A model generated the notes under the pieces. It was not told the origin of the DNA. It searched no databases and saw nothing but the letters and a program-made list of their open reading frames with translations. The position numbers were made by a program, and so were the translations under genes. From NCBI RefSeq assembly GCF_006345805.1, contig NC_043009.1, positions 2,666,001 to 2,730,000 on the forward strand: DNA of 64,000 nucleotides, given 5' to 3'. The DNA comes from Octopus sinensis (taxonomy: Eukaryota). Positions 56,530-64,000 of the stretch are shown in pieces (positions within the stretch are counted from its first letter, which is position 1; each line of letters opens with the position of its first letter).

Positions 56530-56554
56530 GTCTGTCTATCTAACTCTCTCTCTC

Positions 56555-56643
<89 letters not shown>

Positions 56644-56782
56644 TAGATATATACATACATATATATATATAATATATACATACATATACTTATATATACA
56701 TTTATGTATATATATATATATATAAACACATATATATACACATATTTATGCATACACACAGGCACACATGAAACTAAATAGG

Positions 56783-56852
<70 letters not shown>

Positions 56853-58559
56853 CACAAATACTGAGAAATGTATTCTTGCATGTATAGATTTGTGTGTAGA
56901 AATGGAAATATTAGAATCTGCTTAATTTTTGTACATCTGACACACAACATGCACATGCTACATGTGCATGTTGCACGTTTATATGTGCATGTGTTAAGTA
57001 TCTTAACGATTATTAACATGCATTTATGTCTTAGTGTATGTATGTAGGTTCCTTTGCTTTTGCGTGTGTATATGCACGAGTAGCTATGCTTGTACGTGTG
57101 TATTCCTTAATTTGACTGACGTAAAGTTATCTATATTTAGAAGGAAAACAACAGTGTTAAATTGAAGAGATTGAAGACGAAATAACCAAAACGTGAACAG
57201 AAGAAAATTGCAAATGTAAAGATATTCTGTGAGCAGCTTCACATGTAAAAAGGCCAATAGATTTACAGAGAAAAGAAGAAATCAAATATTGGGCTGCAAT
57301 TTCCATTGGGAGATTACACAGGCTCGGTTTCCGTACAAGCGGAAATTGCTACAGAACAATTCTCTTTAACGGAATTCTTTTCGAGTAAATTTAAATATGA
57401 ATACGTAACGTTCACCTATAGAATAACAGCTATTGTATGTGTGGATTCTGATTTTTCGCATCAGATTTCTGGAACTCTTTACTAAGTTCGCATGAAGCCA
57501 TTCAGATATTCAGATATGGTTGCTGTTAGGTTATTAATGGCGCTGAGATATCAAATCATTCGCTGTTACCAAAATTGAATTTCAGCACCTAGGGAGGGAG
57601 AAACAACGATTTCTTTTGCACAAGGTTGTCGAATTTATAATTAAAATACTTTTATTGGCTTTTCTCAGTATTCAGAACTGATTTTGTGGTTATTGTGTAT
57701 TTGTAGGTATTTATTTGTATTAATTTGTAGTTTTTATTTATATTTATATGTACTACCAGTTCTAGCCAACTACATAATAACACTCTCCTCAGAAGAAAAA
57801 AATGGCGTCTGCGTTTGTTAAATGCAATTACTTTTACGTGTACACACATGCGAAACATACAGAAGCAGTACCTCATATAAAGCAAACTCAAATACAAGCG
57901 CAAACACAGGCACAAATACGCATGAAGCAAGACACGTTTATGCATTCTTGAAATATCTTTACGATTAAATACACAGATACATACACACGTTCAAAGACAC
58001 ATACAAATACACACACATTCATACTAAAATTTGTGTGTATGAGTGTGTTTATTTTAATAGAATATGCACACTTATATGGACAAAAATAGCAACCAATTTA
58101 GCAATTAATTACGGATACTAAATTGAATTTTTATGCTAAAATTTATGCGTTTTCACTGATAATCAATGTAAAACACAGAGGCAAAAACACCCGTACACAT
58201 ACACAAATCATTCAACACACATGCACACAGACTGTTTTCATATGAAGATATATATATCTACTCATACACACATGCACGCACTCACACAGACACACACACA
58301 CATACACACATATATATATAGTGCTTGTGAGAGTGTAGAACAAAGGGTTATATATTGTGCATACGTGTAGTATTTATCTAATCAACATTGCATTCCATTT
58401 GAAATTAGTGCGCGAAAAGAAAGTGGTGTGAAACCATATTAACGATATAAAACCAACACTTAACTGTTAAATATTTTAAATGTTGAAATTAGTAATTAAG
58501 CTTCTCTCTCTATATATGTATATAATTTTTGTAAGGCTGAAGGCTATCAATTTTCGAAG

Positions 58560-58690
58560 AACTGAGTAGTCAATTACTTCACTGGTACTTTACTTTATCG
58601 ACCCCAAACAGATGAACGGTAAAATTGACCTCGGTAGGATGTGAACTCAGAACGTAAGATGCCAGAATAACGTAGATCTGTATCGTGCAG
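58560..58690 (-). mobile_element. Family 2 SINE fragment
   Basis: CTGGTACTT..TTTATCGACCCC..GACCTCGG..TGAACTCAGAACGTAA is the reverse complement of the 63290-63370 region. Confidence 0.7.
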
Positions 58691-58722
58691 GGCGTCTTAA
58701 TGATATTAATGCTAATAAAATC

Positions 58723-58757
<35 letters not shown>

Positions 58758-58885
58758 TTTAGCAAAATTTAGATTCAGATGTATATGGTACTTAAGTTAA
58801 AGGCACCAGAATTTTGTATGGTATTATCCATATAAATCAAATGGGGTGATTATAATCAAAATAAGCAACAAGGATATCCAAGGCA

Positions 58886-58975
58886 GTGTCGTACAATTGT
58901 TTCATGCTACTTCATTTTATTAAACACTGTAAGTATTACATCAGTTTTAAAATGTCCAGCAATCTTCAGCCACAT
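58886..58975 (-). ncRNA. Hammerhead-like motif with long stem II insert
   Basis: ATGTGG-CTGAAGA-TTGCT..(49 nt)..AGCAT-GAAA-CAATTG-T-A^CGACAC. The core is canonical, with mismatches at the base of stem II and in stem I. Confidence 0.6.
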
Positions 58976-59199
58976 GTGGAATTTTTTAATTAAACGGACA
59001 ATGCATATTCTTATACTTATTTCATTTTCCAACAATACAAATAGGGTGGATATATAGACAGAGAGGTTAATTTCATCATTAAGAACATTGTGGTAGTATG
59101 TTCTATAGTTTTGACTCTACAGTCAAAGCTATTGAAAGGGTTGCAAGACGCAACGAAAAAGTTAAAAAATAAAAATTTAAAGAAAAAACAAAGGACACT

Positions 59200-59500
59200 G
59201 TCAAGGATGTGGAGACGAGTTCGGTGGGGCAGTTGCAGGTGGAGACGGCGGTGTGGGTAAGATTGTGAGGCTTGTGGATTTTGGGAAGGAAGTAAATGGT
59301 GGGCTTGCGAGAGGTGAGGACAATGAGGTTGGCGGCCTTAGGGAGGGGGAGATAGAAGGAGGAGATGACGTCATGGATAGTGGAGGACAGTCTGTTGGTA
59401 GCTGGGCGTGGGGTCAGAGGGCAGAGGGCTGTAGAAGGAGGTGTGTTGATGTTGGCGGAGAGCATCTGCCCTGTAGAGGTCATTTTGTTGGGATGGTCAT
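59200..59500 (-). pseudogene. Penelope-like RT N-terminal fragment (Neptune-like)
   Basis: AANLIVLTSRKPTIYFLPKIHKPHNLTHTAVSTCNCPTELVST (YFLPKIHKP..PGRPIVS...CPTE.IS motif), with upstream DLYRADALRQ..SFY..LPSDPT in another frame. Confidence 0.85.
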
Positions 59501-59705
59501 TTTGTTTGTTTTTGCCAACTAAACGAGTAATAAACGAGTGAGGGACAAATATAAAGTGCGTGGGTTTATTTGGCAAAAAATATCGACGCATAGAACTCCG
59601 ACAGATCACAGATACTACACACATAGCAGTAGACAGACCGAGCCACATCACACCACGTGACTAAAGAGAGAAAGGAAGAGGAAAAATAGTAAATAATACA
59701 CAGTA

Positions 59706-59868
59706 GGCGTAGGAGTGGCTGTGTGGTAAGTAGCTAGCTTACCAACCACATGGTTCCGCGTTCATCCCCACTGCGTGACAACTTGGGCAAGTGTCTTCTA
59801 CTATATCCTCGGGCCGACCACAGCATTGTGAGTGGATTTGGTAGACGGAAACTGGAAGAAGCCCGTCG

Positions 59869-59901
<33 letters not shown>

Positions 59902-60055
59902 GTGTGTGTTTGTGTGTCTGTGTTTGTCCCACCAACATCGATAGAATAAGTACTAGGCTTACAAAGAATAAGTCCTGGGGTCGATTTGCTCGACTAAAGG
60001 CGGTGCGCAACATGGCCGCAGTCAAATGACTGAGACAAGTAAAAGAAAAAAAGAC
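59706..60055 (+). mobile_element. Family 1 SINE with internal deletion
   Basis: Head GGCGTAGGAGTGGCTGTGTGGTAAGTAGC. The body jumps from CCAACATCG to ATAGAATAAGTAC relative to the 41477 copy. Confidence 0.9.
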
Positions 60056-60774
60056 ACATACAGGGTAATAAACACACAATAGACATATATACCCTTACCT
60101 GTGATACATATAAGAAATAGCGATAGATATATAAAAAAAAATATGAATAAATATATAAATATATAAATAGACAAACAAATAGATAAGTATGTTTCAAACA
60201 TACCTGTGAGGAATACAAGGTATAGAGATAGATGAACTATAAATAATAAAAAAAAATAAATCCATATAAAGAGCATGGGTACAAACAGCATACGAAGCTA
60301 ACGCATACACACACTCAAGAAATTTCACGGACGGCAACAATAGCATCAACAACATGAATAACAACAACAGAAGCAGCAGCGGTGGCAACGATGGCAATAA
60401 CAACAACAACTACCAGAAAGGCAACACCGTGGTCGAACACACAAACACAGAGAGAAACAGGAACTGTACCAAGTTTCCGGTCCTAAGACAGCAGCACAAT
60501 GGGGTGAAGGAGAGGCCATACTGCTGTTAACAGCAGTGACACACACACACAAGCACGCATATACACAATACACAGAAATGCACACAGACACAGACGCAAA
60601 CGCATGCGCACATAAGCATACACATCTTAGAAGAACAAAATAGAGCAGCTGGAGGAAGATCACACACGAAAACGATAAGTCTCGCTGAAGCGGTCACGGA
60701 TGTGTACGAACAATTTCCGGACAATGGACATGAATTAAGATAAAAATAAAGAACAGTAATAATCGAGTGAAGAG

Positions 60775-60925
60775 CATTATTTACATTAATTACATTTGAC
60801 GGATATTTGTCCTCATCTTGTTTGTTGTTAAGACTACATTTCGGCTGATATACCCTCCAGCCTTCATCAGGTGTCTTGGGGAAATTTCGAACCTGGGTTC
60901 TCATTCCTAAGGTATTTTCGATGTA

Positions 60926-60982
<57 letters not shown>

Positions 60983-61086
60983 ATCACTAATTGGAATCGA
61001 ACTCGGAATCTTGGGGTTAGTAGCCCGCACTCTTAAATACTGCGCCATATGCCCAAGTTCGATTCCAAGCTGTGACCTGAATAATG

Positions 61087-61138
<52 letters not shown>

Positions 61139-61225
61139 TAATAATAATAATAATAATAATAATTGTGTAAACAACAAACAAGATGAGGACAAATATCCGT
61201 CAATGTAAATAATGTAAATATTGTA
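60775..61225 (-). mobile_element. Family H element, second locus (tRNA head-(AAT)n-hammerhead-tail) with inverted partial copy
   Basis: Minus strand: GGGCATATGGCGCAGTATTTAAGAGTGCGGGCTACTAACCCCAAGATTCCGAGTTCGATTCC (61054-60980), (AAT)n, body with CTGATGA HHR at 60830-60875, tail. Plus strand 61055-61225: B-box remnant, (AAT)n, 3' fragment. Confidence 0.87.
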
Positions 61226-61320
61226 CATGATATCTCTTAAATATAGAACTGAATGAAGAAAAAATATATAGCGCGTGTGTTTATTTGGTAAAAAGAAAAT
61301 GACCATCCCGAAATACAATA

Positions 61321-61397
<77 letters not shown>

Positions 61398-61544
61398 ATA
61401 AGTAAAAAAATACAAACTGGGACAAGAACGCAAAACATTTATAAGACGATACAAAAAACACGGACGGGACATTGGAAGCCTTCATCTGATCAAGAACCGG
61501 ATCATCCTCGCAATTTCGGCTGATTAATCTTAGGGAGAGTTTAT

Positions 61545-61678
61545 GAAAAAGCAAAAGACGAAGACAGGTGGTGTACAAAATAAACAGATGTATTAGTATA
61601 ACGCTCAGGAATAGAAAGTATTTTATGTTTCGAGCCTACGCTCTTCTACAGAAAGGGACACAGAAAAGACAAGGAGAG

Positions 61679-61680
<2 letters not shown>
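61545..61680 (-). mobile_element. Family A repeat, copy 4
   Basis: Minus strand CTTT-CTGTAGA-A-GAGC-GTAG-GCTC-GAAA-CAT-A-AAA at 61621-61655. Confidence 0.72.
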
Positions 61681-61743
<63 letters not shown>

Positions 61744-61747
<4 letters not shown>

Positions 61748-62560
61748 TTTATTATATAGAAGGAGCTTCTACAGGACTAGAACTGTTTCATTCAAGAGAA
61801 ATCTTCAGGAAGCTAGTTAACAAGAATTGTAATGGCATTTATACATTTAGGCAGGTTTAAAGGGGTGGTGGTGGGGGACTTTTTGGGGGTAGGCATAGCG
61901 CAAAAAATATCATACTTGGGGGAGTGGTCAAGGAGTCAGTGGTAAATTAGATAAACGAATAAATAAAAGATTAAAAAATAAAAAAATAAAAAAATATATA
62001 GAAGAATAGAGTTTTAGGTAAATAAGGAGATTCTCACTTATACATATACACATATGTATATATACACACACACATATACATACACACATACATACACACA
62101 TACATACACACATATATATACACATACATATACATACATATATCTACAGATATCTGTAGATATATGTATGTATATGTATGTGTATATATATATGTGTGTG
62201 TGTATGTATGTGTGTATGTATATGTGTGTGTGTGTGTATATATATACATATGTGTATATGTATAAGTGAGAATCTCCTTATTTACCTAAAACTCTATTCT
62301 TCTATATATTTTTTTATTTTTTTATTTTTTTATTCTTTTATTTATTCGTTTATCTAATTTACCACTGACTCCTTGATCACTCCCCCAAGTATGATATTTT
62401 TTGCGCTATGCCTACCCCCAAAAAGTCCCCCACCACCACCCCTTTAAACCTGCCTAAATGTATAAATGCCAATACAATTCTTGTTAACTAGCTTCCTGAA
62501 GATTTCTCTTGAATGAAACAGTTCTAGTCCTGTAGAAGCTCCTTCTATATAATAAATTAA
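61744..62560. mobile_element. 817-bp spacerless palindrome with a hammerhead near each outer end
   Basis: Centre TCTACAGA-TA-TCTGTAGA (62143-62160). The arms mirror each other with a few substitutions. HHRs lie at 62490-62540(+) and 61764-61814(-). Confidence 0.92.
62490..62540 (+). ncRNA. Type-I hammerhead ribozyme motif (mirror copy 61764-61814 on minus)
   Basis: AGCTTC-CTGAAGA-TTTC-TCTT-GAAT-GAAA-CAG-TTCTAGTC-CTG-T-A^GAAGCT: 6-bp stem I, 4-bp stem III, GUA site. U-U at the base of stem II. Confidence 0.75.
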
Positions 62561-62623
62561 TTTTACTCTGCTATGTATTGAGTACCTTATTTACTGTGGT
62601 TAACCCCGAATCAACCCGGGACC

Positions 62624-62662
<39 letters not shown>

Positions 62663-62664
62663 TA

Positions 62665-62698
<34 letters not shown>

Positions 62699-63221
62699 TC
62701 TGCTCGTCTACGTACGTAAGAGTACACTATATAATTTATAGAAACTCTGTATTTCTTTTATCATAAAATAACTATATATGTTTTACAACGGCCCTCTATT
62801 TGTCTCCAATTATTTTCTTGGAAAATGTCAACTTTAATTTACCGTACATTCCAGCATATACATTGAATTTTTTTAGACGAAATTTTATAGCCAAATTAGT
62901 AGTCGTAACGTCATACCTAGACGACGTTCAAGGACCAAAGGTAGCATGTGAGGTGGAGCAGTATTTGGAAAGTCTATGATGATGTTTGAATAATCACACA
63001 TGTATACACTACATGCTACGCGTACTTTTAGGCAGAACAATAGGGTTCCCATTGTTTCTGTGTATGTGGCGTATGTGCGTATATATGGCATATATGCGTA
63101 TTGTGGCATATGTATCTATCTGTTTTTGCGCAGATGTGTTTAGCTGTGTCTGTATGGATGTGTGTATGTTTGTGCTGCTGTCTTTTTTACTGACATTGTT
63201 GAAATTACAGTATATTATATC

Positions 63222-63438
63222 GAAGGCGGCGAGCTGGCAGAAACGTTTGCATCCCGGGCGAAATCCTTAGCAGTATTTCATATGTCTTTACGTTCTGAGT
63301 TCAAACTCCGCCGAGATCGACTTTGCCTTTTATCCTTTCGGGGTCGATAAATTAAGTACCAGTTGTATACTGGGGTCGATATAATCGATTGGCCCCATTC
63401 CCCCAAATGTCAGGCCTTGTGCCTAGAATAGAAAAGTA
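63222..63438 (+). mobile_element. tRNA-derived SINE, family 2, well preserved
   Basis: GGCGGCGAGCTGGCAGAAACG..TTCTGAGTTCAAACTCCGCCGAG.TCGACTTTGCCTTT.ATCCTTTCGGGGTCGATAAATTAAGTACC. Confidence 0.85.
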
Positions 63439-64000
63439 TATTATATCGTGTTACAGACATTATATCTTCGCATTCATATCTTGTAAGATACATATAGACA
63501 TTATATTCTCTTCTTAGTTTGTATACAATTGTATATCCTAACATTTTGGTGGGGAGGCAATAAAATTACATGATTCAACTTCAAGTATATATTCTAAGTT
63601 AGACATTCGTATCTGGTAGAAATTTTCTTTTTCGAAAGTTATATTTGTGCTCCGCAGTTGCTTCCATATCCTTTATCAATATCCCATTTTAACAATATGT
63701 CTTTGAGAAACCTTGGAACATTTGTGACAAACCTCGAAATCCATTTTTATTTTCGTATGATAACGACTGACAACTGACACATTACTCTCATATGAACATA
63801 TTATATGGTAATCATAGCCTGTAGTATATTTGGCGTCTGTGCTGAGTAGTCTATATAATTATGCAGCCGTTATTTGTTCAGGGCAGTAAAAAGTGTCCTT
63901 GGCCATTACCGTACTGGTTTCCAATCGTTTAGTAGAGATATGCCTGCAGTGATGTTAGAATTTCTACGAACAAATCACATTCACCGAATTCAATTTGCAA

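Overview
This is eukaryotic, repeat-saturated, AT-rich DNA with dense (TA)n, (CA)n, (CATA)n, (CTAT)n and (AAT)n microsatellites. Its tRNA-derived SINEs resemble those known from octopus, so a coleoid cephalopod (probably Octopus) is inferred. No host protein-coding exon can be supported, and almost all ORFs in the track are microsatellite read-throughs. Recognisable content: three mariner elements (one full-length with TIRs, TA target duplication and a paralogous empty site), at least six Penelope-like element (PLE) RT/GIY-YIG fragments, an R4/Dong-like retrotransposon fragment beside an (AAT)n array, many tRNA-SINEs, a 5S rRNA-derived copy and a 1.27-kb tandem duplication. The standout pattern is about a dozen minimal type-I hammerhead ribozyme (HHR) motifs from several unrelated sequence families. 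Several sit in fold-back inverted repeats, including an 817-bp palindrome. The best candidate for an undescribed system is a non-coding element built as tRNA-like Pol III head + (AAT)n spacer + hammerhead + (AATGTAAAT)n tail. It occurs at two loci, each time with an inverted partial copy head-to-head, and may be a ribozyme-bearing SINE mobilised by Penelope machinery. All folds and alignments were done by eye, and novelty could not be checked against databases.
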